Assembly (NCBI GenBank): GCA_951406725.2 | Contig: OX597821.1 | Location: 15,004,001-15,068,000, forward strand | Source of the DNA: Octopus vulgaris | Taxonomy: Eukaryota | Length of the DNA stretch: 64,000 nucleotides | Direction: 5' to 3' | Shown here: one piece after another, positions 43,013-57,111 of the stretch | Position numbering within the stretch: position 1 is the stretch's first letter | Layout of the letters: each line of letters begins with the position of its first letter | Translations under genes and position numbers: made by a program | The notes under the pieces: generated by a model | The model's input: the letters and a program-made list of their open reading frames with translations, nothing else | The model's database searches: none | Told to the model about the DNA's origin: nothing

Positions 43013-43578
43013 TTGGGTTGTCCGGAAAGTTCGTGCCGATTTTTAAAGGAAAGGAAAAGGTCAGTAAATACTTGCCATTACATTTTTAATCAACCAAATA
43101 TGAACCATTTTCTTGTACAATGCGTCTCCATCTTTCTGTTAACTTGAAATTAACCTCTTCCCAGAATTGAGGTGGTTTCATGGCAAAAAATTCATCAAAG
43201 TATCTTTTTAGGTCATCCAAGGAACTGAAATTTTTATCATTAAGACTATTCTGCAGATACCTGAATAAGGGGAAATCCGAAAGAGCAATATCTGGTGAAT
43301 ATGGAGGGTGGGGTAACACATCCCAGCCGAGCTGCAGCAATTTTTGTCTGGTTGCCAAAGCATCAAGTGCCGAATATGAACTTTCTTATCTTCCATTTTA
43401 AAGGATTACAGAATTAACACAGCTTATAGGAACATAAACCTTGTTCCAAGAAAAGATAGCTTAAACTGAGTTCTGAATGGAGGTGTAGTCAAATCCTATT
43501 TTATGGAGTCAACCATGTTATAAAATAAGTCGAAAGGTAAGCTACTATAAATCGGCACGAACTTTCCGGACAACCTAA
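43013..43578 (-). mobile_element. Internally deleted mariner transposon (mellifera-like)
   Basis: ~30-bp TIRs ttgggttgtccggaaagttcgtgccgattt / aaatcggcacgaactttccggacaacctaa, TA TSD; N-terminus MEDKKVHIRHL joined to C-terminus LGWDVLPHPPYSPDIALSD. Confidence 0.95.
43086..43396 (-). pseudogene. Mariner transposase remnant
   Basis: HPPYSPDI motif and third catalytic D; HTH and first two catalytic residues deleted. Confidence 0.9.
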
Positions 43579-44162
43579 TACTAACGGTCCAATGCGGTCT
43601 TTTACATAGACGTGTATGTACACGGAACTCCTAAGTTCGTACATTTATTAATGAACACTATATACACATAAATATGTATATGCACGCGCGTGTGCATGCC
43701 CGTGCGTGCATGTGCGATGTCTGATTGCACGCGTGTGTGTGTGAGTGTGTGAATGTGTATGTATCTAATAATAAACATCTTATAGCATATAAACAAATTT
43801 ATGATAGCATCAATGTGTTTATGCTTTTCAGAAAATATATTGCTCCTGACTTCGGTTGCTGACGGTTGAAATAAGCCAGTCTGTGAAGTCTCGAGATACA
43901 TGAAGCAATCGACTGCCGATTGCTCACTCAGCTACCGAAGACATTGCGATTCAATCACGGATTATGTTTTCACAGCGAGAATAAATGTTTCTATTAAACA
44001 TAATATGCACGCACACACATACACATACATGGACATAACCACACACACGCATAGAGACACATACAAGCAGACACAGACACACACATACACAACGATTTCT
44101 AAATATATTCTACGTTTGTAATGTTTATGTAATACATACACACACATACCAACATATACATA

Positions 44163-44213
<51 letters not shown>

Positions 44214-44611
44214 GTGTATGTGAGTGTGTGTTTGTGTGTATATATAGTTATGAATATATATATATATATAAATACATATAGATGTTATATATGCGTGTGA
44301 GTATCTGTGCATGCGAATGTAAGCGATTTTAACACCGAAACGTGAGACCGTAGTCGTTGTATACATGTAAATTCCCAGTTAGACGAGTTCCCCTATTGTA
44401 TTAAATCACTAGTCCCTTTGGTTAAGACATGAGGTCACAAGAACCATATTTTCTTCCGCTGTAGTAAGCAAAAATAATTACCTAACTGATAGCATATTTT
44501 CCTGAAGCATCTCCTAGGAAAAACGAAGCAAGATATTTGATATATGCAGCTATTTGCTGGCGTGCAAAATCAATTTACATATATAAATATATGTATATAT
44601 GCATACATGTG

Positions 44612-44700
<89 letters not shown>
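44612..44700. repeat. (TCTA)n microsatellite
   Basis: Direct inspection. Confidence 0.97.
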
Positions 44701-44703
<3 letters not shown>

Positions 44704-44840
44704 CATTCGTTTTTATATTGTTCATATAGCAGTGTGTTTATACGTACGTACTTAGATTTGAGTTCACACACACACACACAAATAAATCATATATATATAT
44801 ACACACACACATACAGATGTACACAAACACTGACATATGA

Positions 44841-44882
<42 letters not shown>

Positions 44883-44940
44883 GTACAGATGTACACACAC
44901 ACTCACATATGAATGTATATATATATATACATACACATAT

Positions 44941-44974
<34 letters not shown>

Positions 44975-45984
44975 GCATACATGTATACGTATATATATAT
45001 ACATATATATATATATTTATATATATATATATACGTATACATGCATGGATATATGTTATATAAACTTTTCTGCATATATGTGTATATATATAGTTGTATG
45101 CATATGTGCGTACGTGTGTATGCTTATGTTTATGAGAGTGTTTTCGTGTATGTTGTTTTTGTGTATTTATCGCAAACGTTAACATGTTTGCAGTTTGTAT
45201 TTCATGTTCCTCTGAAGCACCTACATATTTCTCTTTTCCTACTTTTCGTAAAAGAATTTTCTATTTTTCAGTCAGTTCATGCTATACCAATGCAAGACAG
45301 GTGTTTTACATTCCGTTAACGTCAAGCCTATTTTAATCCATTATCAGCCAATACAACACGCAATTCTAATGAAGCACCGATAAAAGAGATATTCTAGACG
45401 CTGTATATGTGAACGAATTCGATTCTCTTACTTTCAGAGCAAATAACTTGCGTGCGCATAACCGAGGGAAAGATTGGGGTTATCCACACGGATGGATATC
45501 CAAATGTGCATTGAAATATATACAAGTCTATATGGAAACATATATACAAGTCTTTATGGAAACATTTCTTTCAAAATGAGAGAATATATTTCTTTTATCA
45601 TATCGGAAGAAGCTTGCAACAAGGGAGTACATTTACGGTTAAGCTTATTCGTGGGAACGTGGGAGTACGTTCTGATGTTCAAATATTCACATGTCTTTGT
45701 TGATATACAGGGAAGGTGGTGCCGCATTTCGTAATAATATTTCGCTCTTAACTAAGAAAAGAGTTAAGAAATGAAAAACTTGGAAAAGTGGCAGCATACA
45801 TCTCGGATTTTACTAACATTTGAAACGCCATAACTTCCAGATAGCGTGTGAGTGCGCACATGCATGTTTTATATGCGCATGTGAGAGTGTGTGCGTGCGT
45901 ATGTGTGACTGTGTGTATTTGTATGTGTGTGTGTCTGTTTGTGTGTATGTGCATGCTTGTGCATGGATATGTCTGTCTGTCTCT

Positions 45985-46855
<871 letters not shown>

Positions 46856-47374
46856 GTTTATACATAAATTGTAGAGCTTAAAAAACTCATTGTAGAAACT
46901 TAAAATGGAATTATCTTAATATACAAACATGCTTGTAGTTTGTTAAGAACTACCGATATTCATTTATGTTGAACGCATAATTTAATCTACCTTTTCACGT
47001 TATTTACAATTGATACTAACTCCCCCATCTTTCGTTCAGTGATTTTAGTTTACACTGAATCACAATATAACAACTGGCAACGGAGGGAATTTAAAATACT
47101 ATATGTAGATATATTTTATAATACTAACTTTTCAGACTGTTGAACATTATTTATAGGGACAACAGTGCATTGATTATAGAGAGGTTAAAAATGATATTGA
47201 ATGTTTCTTCGATTCGAATTCTGCTAAATAAATTAGATTTCATTATCCTATCGAGGGACAATACCTTCTAATAAATTTATTCATATATTCAATATCAATT
47301 AAAGCTGAAGAAGCATTTTCCCCACCAGGGAATGCGTCAAGACTTTCTTTCCAAGATTCCTATAACCTCAAATT

Positions 47375-47677
<303 letters not shown>

Positions 47678-48140
47678 TCCGCTGGTTTGGGAAATCTTGT
47701 GGGGAAATACTCTTAAACTATTGACATCGATTGAAAAGCGACCTGTGACATAAAGATTGGCAAGACTTCAAATTGAGCATATCAGAGCCTTTTAATTGCA
47801 TGTAGTGTATATATGAAATTACTATCAAGATTATCAGAATATTTTAATTCAAGATCAAAAGAAACAATATGTGATTAAATAATTAAATCAAATAATGTTT
47901 CAAATAAACTTTTTTAAATGCTAAGTTATCCCCTTTGCAGTCTTAATTAAATAATACTTACATTCATGCGTATATAATGAAACATTTGTATTTTTTTTTT
48001 TAAAAAAGCACTACTAGTAAAACGATGTTTTTAAAATACGCTATACGTTAATTGTAAATTCATTTACTATATGAAGTTTCGTAGCTAATCGGTAATCAAA
48101 TGTGTATGATTATTCGAATAATAGAATAAGTTGTTACTTA

Positions 48141-49306
48141 CGAGGGTGGGCTAAAATGTTAATTGACGGAATATTCGAAGGATTGATGGTAGAGCTGCCA
48201 AATTTTGCATGCATTAACTTCAACTCTCCTTAGTAATAAACAGCATTATTTCTTTGCAGGTAAACTCACATCAAAAGTAACTAGTAGCTACTAGTCTTTG
48301 AAATAGACAAAATTTGGCATCCTGGTGCTATCAAGTGCCTGCAGAAAAAGGGTTTAGCTCCCAAGGCCATTCATGCTAACATGGTTGCTACATTAGGGGA
48401 TGGCGCACCAGCTTTATTAACAGTGTAAAAGGGGGGAAGCTGAATTTAGAAGAAGGAAGAGTCTTGAGGTTTACCTAAGGTCTGGACATTCTACAACTGC
48501 TACTACCGATGATGCAAGGCAGGCGATTGACCTTAAATCAAGTAGCCAATGCTATTAACATAGTCCATGAAAGTGTTGAGAATATTCTGGACAATGGACT
48601 TGGCAGGTTTCTCCTGGGTACTATCTCCTCTTACATCTGCTGAAAACCACAGGCCGATAACATCACGGGAAAATCTGACGTTGTTGAGGCAGATCCAGTT
48701 GGTTTCCTTGATAGTTTCCTAAGCCAAGATGAATGTTTGGTTCATCACTTTAAGCCAGAGACAAAGAGACAATGCATGCAACGAAAACACCCCACCTCAC
48801 TTCCTCCAAAGGAGGCCAAGGTCGCTTCATCTGCAGGGAAGGTGATGACCTCAGTTTTGGGGGATGCAAAAGGCGTTGTATTTCTTGACTATCTTCAAAA
48901 GTGTCATGCAATCAATAGATAGTAATATGCCCACCTGCTGAGGTAGTTACGAAAAGCGATCAAGTCCAAACTCCCGGGAAAACTGTAAAAGGGCACTTCT
49001 TTCATGAGGAAAATTCTCCAGTACACAAACCGTTTGCTTCAATGGCTGCTGTGCTTGACTATGGCTTTGAACCTATCGTGTGTTCTTCAACACGGAAAAA
49101 CTTGTTCTGGGAACCAGTATTGCAGTGATGATAATGTCATATCTGCTGTTGATGACTTTTTACCAACAGGATGAAAGCTTCTTTACTAATGAAATCCAGC
49201 ACCAATGGAAGTAGTGTGTCGACTGCAAAAGGGAATATGTTAATAAATAACCTCATTTGGTCATATCCCATGTATGTTAGCCATTGAGCTTTTCAACCGT
49301 CCCTTG
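48141..49306 (+). mobile_element. Near full-length decayed mariner (irritans-like) with transposase pseudogene ~48300-49250
   Basis: TA-cgagggtgggctaaaatgtt ... agcttttcaaccgtcccttg-TA; translations DKIWHPGAIKCLQKKGLAPKAIHANMVATLGDGAP, QDECLVHHFKPETKRQ, SAGKVMTSVLGDAKGVVFLDYLQK; many stops and frameshifts. Confidence 0.92.
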
Positions 49307-49706
49307 TACAACTTTAAAAGCACATTCAAGCAATCTTTTGATACAACTCCTTGCTTCTATAAATAATTTTATTTCTCTATTCTCTTCATTTCTTTGTTCT
49401 CACATTTGTTTTCCAAACAGTTTCTTTCCCTCACCATACGCCCTCTTATCTATTCATTCTATCTCTCTTGTTGTTTGTTTTACGGATTATTTATATTTAC
49501 TTTCGAGTGTAAAAGTAATGACGCGAAATAAATTGTTTTTAAATTTCATGAAGAACTATGGAAATAACGAGCCGGGTCTGCATGCCGTAATATATTGTAC
49601 ATAATAAATATACACAAACTGAAAAAGGTGCTGAATCCTTTATTGTACTGTGAACAACAAACATCGCCTGAGTGGTTGACTTCGTAGAATAGCAAACGGC
49701 TATATT

Positions 49707-49943
49707 AAGGCGGCGAGTTGGCAGAAACGTTAACACGCTGGGGGAAATGCTTAGCGATATTTCGTCTGCCGTTACGTTCTCAGTTCAAATTTCGCCGAGG
49801 TCGACTTTGCCTTTCATCCTTTCGGGGTCGATAAATTAAGTACCTGTTACGCACTGTGCTCGATGTAATCGACTTAATCCCTTTGTCTGTCCTTGTTTGT
49901 CCCCTCTATGTTTAGCCTCTTGTAGGCAAAAAAAAAAGAAAGA
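49707..49943 (+). mobile_element. SINE-B, full length
   Basis: Matches 41990-42217; 14-bp TSD agaatagcaaacgg (49686-49699 / 49944-49957). Confidence 0.92.
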
Positions 49944-50444
49944 AGAATAGCAAACGGAAAAATATTTTATAGGTATATATTTTCTATTGAATCTAAACCG
50001 TATATTGTCTGATTATTCTTTCGATAAACAGAGATTGCTGAGATCAAAGTCCAACTGCAAATCAGAATCTAGGTAGAGATTGGTAGAGAAACTCTATTGG
50101 TGATATTGCCTTGGATGGCTCATAAACAGAGTGAGTCATGGGTTTAATAATCTAAACTAAATCAAATGCATATATGGCAATTTAAAATAATCCATCCGTT
50201 TTGTTCACCAATAACTCCAGGGAGGTTCGGTGGGGTTGGATCCTCAGGCGCTTTTACTATAGGAGCGTCATATCAGAACATAGCACCGTCCTATAAGAAG
50301 CAACTATCATTACGCTTTCCGGATGGATTACTAAAGGTGACCAATTGAGACTAAGAATATTATCCAGCAAAACGCCACAATAAAGAACGATAATTTCCAG
50401 CTGCATTTTCTTAATACATCGAATATTGTTTCATATAAAACAAA

Positions 50445-51011
50445 TCGAACAGATCGAACCTAACTTATTTTTTTAAAGCCTAGTACTTGGTCTATCGGCC
50501 TCTTAAGTCGCACCGCTATGTTACGGGAACATAAATACACCAGCACCGTTTGTCACGTGGTGGTGAAGGGACAAACACAGCCACAAAGACACACACAAAT
50601 ACATGTCTACATATCTGCGACGGGATTCTTTCAGTTTTCGTCTACCATTTCTACTCACAAAGCTTCTGTAGGCCAGAGGCATCTGCCCGAGGTGCCATGC
50701 AGTAGGAGTGAATCCGAAAGCATGTGGTTGGGAAGCAAGCTTCTTATTTCTTTATTGCCCACGGGGGGCTAAACATAGAGGGGACAAACAAGGACAGACA
50801 AAGGGATTAAGTCGATCACATCGACCCCAGTGCGTAACTGCTACTTAATTTATCGACCACGAAAGGATGAAAGGCAAAGTCGACCTCGGCGGAATTTGAA
50901 CTCAGAACGTAGCGGTAGACGAAATACCGCTAAGCATTTCGCCCGGCGTGCTAAAGTTTCTTCCAACTCACTGTTGTGTGGTAAGAAGCTCCGCCGGCTT
51001 CTTAACACACA
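50445..51011 (-). mobile_element. Old SINE-D with SINE-B (50746-50972) nested in its tRNA head
   Basis: SINE-D body 50445-50745, head resumes at ~50997 (gcttcttaacacaca); gcttctta is duplicated around the insert. Confidence 0.8.
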
Positions 51012-51648
51012 TCAGTAGTTTCTATCTTGAGAATTCAAGAGTGGCACAGCACGGGTAAGTAACAAACTGCTATTTTAGCGAGTAGAATTTGTATTCCTTC
51101 GATATTTTGCTATGAATAAGTAGATTCATGCTTGATGTTTGATGTATGCTAAGAGGAACATCAGTGTTGTTGCATTGTACAATATAAATTATCACTGATC
51201 TAATGCATCTCAGCTTACACAAAAACAATATTACCATCAAGCACCTATTTTAGTTCTGTATAAATCATTGCACGTCCAAGTTTCATTCATTTCATTTGCA
51301 AGTACATTATCTGCCTTCAGATCAAATTATAGCTCTACATCTGCAATATCTGATAAAATGTGAGGCTATCTGATAGCATTAGTTATTTTATAGTAGAACA
51401 GTGTTATCTGATAAATGGTAATATCTCACAGTGATCTAGCCATCGGTACCAACATTGGTTCTTCATCACACATATAGATTGATGAAGTCACGTCTTGATT
51501 TACTTGATTTCTTTGCGCGATAAAATCAAAACAAACACTGAATAATAGAACAAGCCTTCTCTTATGTTTTTACTTTATGTACATCTGAAATCAATCTCTA
51601 TAAGTGCCCAAGGCTTTCTGGTTTTCCTGTCCGACCACCTCTGACTCT

Positions 51649-51705
<57 letters not shown>

Positions 51706-52231
51706 CATACATACATAAATACATACATACATACATACCTACATACATACATACATACATACATACATACACACACACATAGACTCACACACATATATAA
51801 ATAAGTGCGTGTAGTGTGTGTGTGTATGTGTGCAAGTGATTCCTTTCCCATCGTATACAGCACACGCATCTACACAAACAAATATAGACATAGGCATATG
51901 TATAATTATACAAGCATATACGTGTGTCTAAATATAGACGCTCCTATTTGTTTATCCGCTTATTCCTATTCTCTCTCATCTCTCACCTATCTCTGTATAC
52001 ATGTATACATATACATGCACACATTTGTATATGTATGTATATATGTAAACATATATATGTATATAAGTATATAAATATATATTATATATATATATATGCA
52101 TATGTATATATATGCAAACAAGCATATATATATGCATCTATCTATCTACACAGACACAAACGTGCATTATATATATATATATGTATCTATATATCCCTCT
52201 CTCTATATATATATATATCTATATCTATATC

Positions 52232-52324
<93 letters not shown>

Positions 52325-53025
52325 GTGCATATGTATCATCATCATGAATGTTGATATTATTGGTACAAAGTACTAAATACAAGATATATCTGGAATATCG
52401 ATATTGATTCTTGAATAAATCCCCATACACTCACACATGCACATGCGCACCTAAGCACCACGCCTATTCTCTCTTTCACGCTTTCTCCCGCCTTTCTCAC
52501 AGTGCACACACACGCCCCTCCACACATATATAATATAATATTTTAAGAAATAAATGTGTTGTAAGGGGTTCTATGCATATGCTTATATAGATTTACGTTT
52601 CTGTACATGACGGTCATTGCCATAAGATTCCAAGAAGTATTCAAGAAAAAATATCAAATATACGAGACAAATTTCGTTGACGAAATCCTGTATCTAATAT
52701 TCAGTTCCATAATTTCTCTCTGTAGGGTAGTTAAATCTGTAATCGAAACCCCTAGAAACTAGCTTAATAAAAATCTGTTTATGATATACATTATACCAAA
52801 TACCATATTTACTATTGTCTGATGAAAAACCCTGTAAGCAAGACTTAGATAAATCTATTTAGGTATATTTTAATGTCTGTTCCTTGTTTTATAAATATTC
52901 ATGCATTAACTGTTTGTCTTGAAGTAATATATATATAATCTAGTTATAGCTACACCAACCTATGTTACCCTTGTCTTAAAGTATTCAAAATATAATTCTC
53001 TTATATTTCATATACATAATATACA

Positions 53026-53420
53026 TCTTTATATATAAAAGTGAAGTTGTGTGTCTGTCTCCTACGATTTAGATTCCTAACTACTCCCACATTTTGCGGT
53101 GCAGTTTAACCGAAACCGGGTATCAAATATTCGTGATTCATATCGAGCCCTTCTGGGTATTAGCGCGCGTCTACGATGAGTCTACGATTTAAAAAAAAAA
53201 TTACCAGCATTTTTTCCATTTTAATGCATTTTTTCGCTATTATATAAGGGAAGTAACTCTCTAAAAATGTCTACGATGAGTCAACGATTAAAAAAAAATT
53301 ATCATCATTTGTTTTCCATTTTTAATGCATGTTTTTGCTATTTTTTGGCTATAACTCTCTAAAAATGCTTATATAGTTATTTCCCTTACAAACCCAAGCA
53401 ACGCCGGGCGATACTGCTAG
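53026..53420 (+). mobile_element. Non-autonomous Helitron
   Basis: A|TC start, subterminal hairpin ccc..gcaacgccgggcg, CTAG|T end, no TSD, internal ~100-bp tandem duplication (53170-53368); second copy at 59290-59694. Confidence 0.9.
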
Positions 53421-53896
53421 TAATTTATATAAAGATATTGAATTCTTACGCTGTACAATGTCATTCTCCTCCTTTCATTGATTTTCGTTGATTTTTCATA
53501 GAATTTTTAGTGACATGATTGCCATACAACTTCTCATTTCTGAGTTTTGAAAATAGGAATAAAAAGTTATTATACCTTAGAAACTAATGTAGAGTTTTCA
53601 GATAAATAGCGTATGGTTAGAACTCTGATGCCTTTCCATATCTGGTATGGTTTTACGCTTTATTTAAATTCCTGCCCTCGTAAGTATTTTATAGAATTTC
53701 TAATTTTCATGATAAAACATGCAGCCTTGATATTGGATTTCATTCAAGGAAACAGATTACGTCTCGTTAAAAAGCGATAAGTTAACCTCTCGAAAGATCA
53801 TCATCAACGTTACTTTCGTTGTCGTCTTGGTCATCTTCGTTGTCATTGTCGTTAGTATCATCATCAATAGTAATAATAGAAATGATAATAGCAGCT

Positions 53897-54028
53897 TCGC
53901 CCATGGTCGACTTTGCATTTCATAATTTCGGGGTTGATAACATAAGTAGCAGTTAAACACTGGGGGTCGATGTAATCGGTTTAGTCACTCCACGAAATTG
54001 GTGGCTTTGTGCGAAAATTTGAAACCGA
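53897..54028 (+). mobile_element. 5'-truncated SINE-B
   Basis: ggtcgactttgcatttcataatttcggggttgataa...ctgggggtcgatgtaatcg. Confidence 0.7.
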
Positions 54029-54102
54029 TATTATTGTCTACTGATGGATAGCTCAGATTAAGCTCATTGTTGGCAGGGGATTATACGGCTGTAAACTTCC
54101 AA

Positions 54103-54217
54103 TTATATTTTTCATTTATTAAATTATTTATAGCTACATAATCCAATATCTGACAAAAGCCATAATTTGGGGAACACTTTTACAGCGAAGTGTACAAACA
54201 TACTTCACCGCAATACA

Positions 54218-54310
<93 letters not shown>

Positions 54311-54496
54311 GCTTTATTTAAAGCAGCAGAAAATTCAACAAAACCTGTTATTCTGTGTTTCGCTGTAAAAGTGTTCCCCAAATTATGGCTTTTGTCAGAT
54401 ATTGGATTATGTAGCTATAAATAATTTAATAAATGAAAAATATAAACTCAGAGTAACAGGTTTTGTTGAATTTTCTGCTGCTTTAAATAAAGCATA
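54103..54496. repeat. Interlocked inverted repeats (54103-54189 / 54359-54445 and 54308-54360 / 54443-54496)
   Basis: The first pair is an essentially exact reverse complement; the second pair is the end of an element continuing to ~54562 with HHR remnant aaactcagagtaacagg. Confidence 0.88.
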
Positions 54497-54579
54497 TTAC
54501 TCTACCACTGGTATTTGAGTACTCTTTTTTCCACCTTGTTTCACATTTATGTGTTTACTCCGGTATATATATATATATA

Positions 54580-55045
54580 TGAAAAAACAAGTCAAGATAG
54601 AAAATGCTAAAATAATTTTATAAAGAACATTTCAGTACCGGTTTCGGTCAGTTTGAGACCTTTTCAACTGTAACGATTAAATAATTAAATTTAGAAAAAT
54701 TAAAAGAAAAGTTTTTTTAAAGGAATATTTGTATAGTGTTCAAATATAAGTGGCATTCTGCCTTTCTTTGTCTCCCTTGTTTGCACTTGTGTGTTCGAGG
54801 TCGTTTTGAATTCTTGGTAGGGTAGAAGAAGAAGAAGGTCGATGAGGAGAGGGGGTGGAAAAATTTGGGAGTGCTTTGATTGTCGTATTTTGAATGGTCA
54901 GTGACGGCTAGCAGTTGCAGTTCAATTCAGGAGAATATTTCTATTGAAAGGTTTGTTTATGAAATTTGCGTAGGTGTTATACTAAAAAGCATTAGTGAGT
55001 TAAGAGGTAGAAGGTTTTTTCATATATATCAACTCGTGTGTTCCT
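54580..55045 (-). mobile_element. Penelope-like 3' fragment between (TA)n tracts
   Basis: Contains the HHR at 54633-54670; pyrimidine-rich minus strand; weak ILLN..ASRH.PF resemblance to PLE ORF ends. Confidence 0.5.
54633..54670 (-). ncRNA. Minimal hammerhead ribozyme with U3-A8 compensatory core
   Basis: cag-TTGAAAA-ggtc-tcaaact-gacc-GAAA-CCGG-TA-ctg. Confidence 0.68.
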
Positions 55046-55063
55046 TTTCACCCTTATACATAC

Positions 55064-55124
<61 letters not shown>

Positions 55125-55131
55125 ATGTATA

Positions 55132-55573
55132 GGCGCAGGAGTGGCTGTTATAGGCGCAGGAGTGGCTGTTTGGTAAGTAGCTTGCTAACCAACCACATGG
55201 TTCCGGGTTCAGTCCCACTGCGTGGCATCTTGGGCACGTGTCTTCTGCTATAGCCCCGGGCCGACCAATGCCTTGTGAGTAGATTTGGTAGACGGAAACT
55301 GAAAGAAGCCTGTCGTATATATGTATATATATATATATATAAGTGTGTGTGAATATGTTTGTGTGTCTGTGTTTGTTCCCCTAGCATTGCTTGACAACCG
55401 ATGCTGGTGTGTTTACGTCCCCGTCACTTAGCGGTTCGGCAAAAGAGACCGATAGAATAAGTACTGGGCTTACAAAGAATAAGTCCCGGGGTCGATTTGC
55501 TCGACTAAAGGCGGTGCTCCAGCATGGCCGCAGTCAAATAACTGAAACAAGTAAAAAGAGAAAAAAGAAAAGA
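55132..55573 (+). mobile_element. SINE-D, full length, with duplicated 21-nt head
   Basis: ggcgcaggagtggctgtt twice (55132, 55153); body matches 42547-42953. Confidence 0.92.
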
Positions 55574-55847
55574 ATATGTATGTATGTATATATATATGTG
55601 TGTGTGTGTGTGTGTATTCTTGAGATTTTACAAATAACTACTTCGCTTATATGCATATATAAGTCACAGCAACAGCACCAAACAGTGACTAGGTCTGTTA
55701 AAATATGCTTGTGACATTTTTGTCTTTTGAAAGCTAGTTCACAGTAGTTACCTAGAAGAAAAAAATTCTCTCGTGTTACCTTTTACCATAAGAGAGGCTT
55801 TTTCTCCACTGTAACTGCGGACGTATTTTAACTAACCCAAACTTCAC

Positions 55848-55849
<2 letters not shown>

Positions 55850-55907
<58 letters not shown>

Positions 55908-55936
55908 CAATAGTAGTAGTAGTAGTAGTAGTAGTA

Positions 55937-55988
<52 letters not shown>

Positions 55989-56030
55989 TAATAATAATAA
56001 TAATAATAATAATCATCATCATAATAATAA
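55850..56030. repeat. Compound (AAT)n/(TAG)n/(CAT)n microsatellite
   Basis: Direct inspection. Confidence 0.95.
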
Positions 56031-56399
56031 TTCTGTTTGTCATTACGTTATTTAGACCATCGGTAACGCTTTCATGTGATTAGAGAAAAAGAGGGAGAAT
56101 GAAAAGAAGGAGAGAGAAAAAGTGGTTAAGAAGAGGGTCCATGACGTGAGTTAAAGGGAACGTATTTGTAACGCTTACACGTGATTAGTTGGCGGGAAAG
56201 AGAGAATCAAGAGAAAGCAAAAGCAAAGAGTAGAGAGAGAGAGACAGAGAGACAGAGAGAGAGAGAGAAAGAGAGAAGAGAAAGAGAGAAAGTGAGAGAG
56301 AGAGAGAGATTATGACGGTGGTGGTGGTTGTGGTAGTGGTGATGGTGCAGGTGGCGATGGTGAGTGCATAGTGAAAAGTAATTTTTTGAATTGAACTAA

Positions 56400-56680
56400 G
56401 TTTTTTATATCCCCTATCACTTAACGCAAGCGCATCCCAAACTTGCCATTCTCTTTAGAAAGAAACCAGTTTCGAGTTTGTCTGCCATATGCAATGACTA
56501 TCAATAAATCACAAGTGCAGACATCTGATAAAGTGGAACTGTTCTTGCCTGAACCTGTATTCGGCCATGGTCAGCTATATTCTCAAGAGTCCGCAAATTA
56601 TCTGATGTGAGAGTTAAAGTTATCAACACTGTTAAACAAGGGAAAAGAAGAGGAAAAACTTGCACGAAGAACATGGTAGG
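56400..56680 (+). pseudogene. Helitron RepHel Pif1-like helicase C-terminal remnant (motifs V-VI)
   Basis: From 56437: PNLPFSLERNQFRVCLPYAMTINKSQVQTSDKVELFLPEPVFGHGQLY, then a frameshift to SRVRKLSDVRVKV...TKNMV. Not in the ORF track. Confidence 0.9.
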
Positions 56681-56848
56681 CACAGTCTGCATATTAGATT
56701 GAAAGGTGTGCGCAAATTGAAATATGTATTGGCTCTGACCTATAGCCTTGGCTTATAAGTTACTAACGACGTGGTTTTCAGAGTACGCCATATCACATTA
56801 AACTTTTACTCTCGTGAAACTGTGACTCCTATATTTTGCATATAAAAG

Positions 56849-57111
56849 GGCATTCCTTCGACAAAATCAAAACATTTTACTTCGGGTATTTCCGCGGAAG
56901 CAAATGACAGTTCGATTCTGTTTTCTGCTTGGAAATTTGCGGATTTTACATAGACACATGAAACAGGTAAGAACAAATATGCAAGGCTTTGTTTCTTCAA
57001 GTTTAAAATGAGACATTGCTGGCATAATTTCGTTATATCTATCCTCCACAACCCACGGAAGTACCTGAAATGAAATGTTTGGATTTTGTCGAGTTATATC
57101 GAAGGAGTGCC
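56849..57111. mobile_element. MITE-like element with ~50-bp imperfect TIRs nested in the Helitron
   Basis: ggcattccttcgacaaaatcaaaacattttacttcgggtatttccgcgg versus ccacggaagtacctgaaatgaaatgtttggattttgtcga..tcgaaggagtgcc. Confidence 0.65.

Noticed and set aside
47303-47342. CTGAAGA-agcatt...aatgc hairpin
   Set aside because: GAAA core is missing and stem I does not pair; at best a deleted remnant.
50166-50348. 60-aa ORF in a GC-richer patch
   Set aside because: No homology recognisable and no splice or promoter support.
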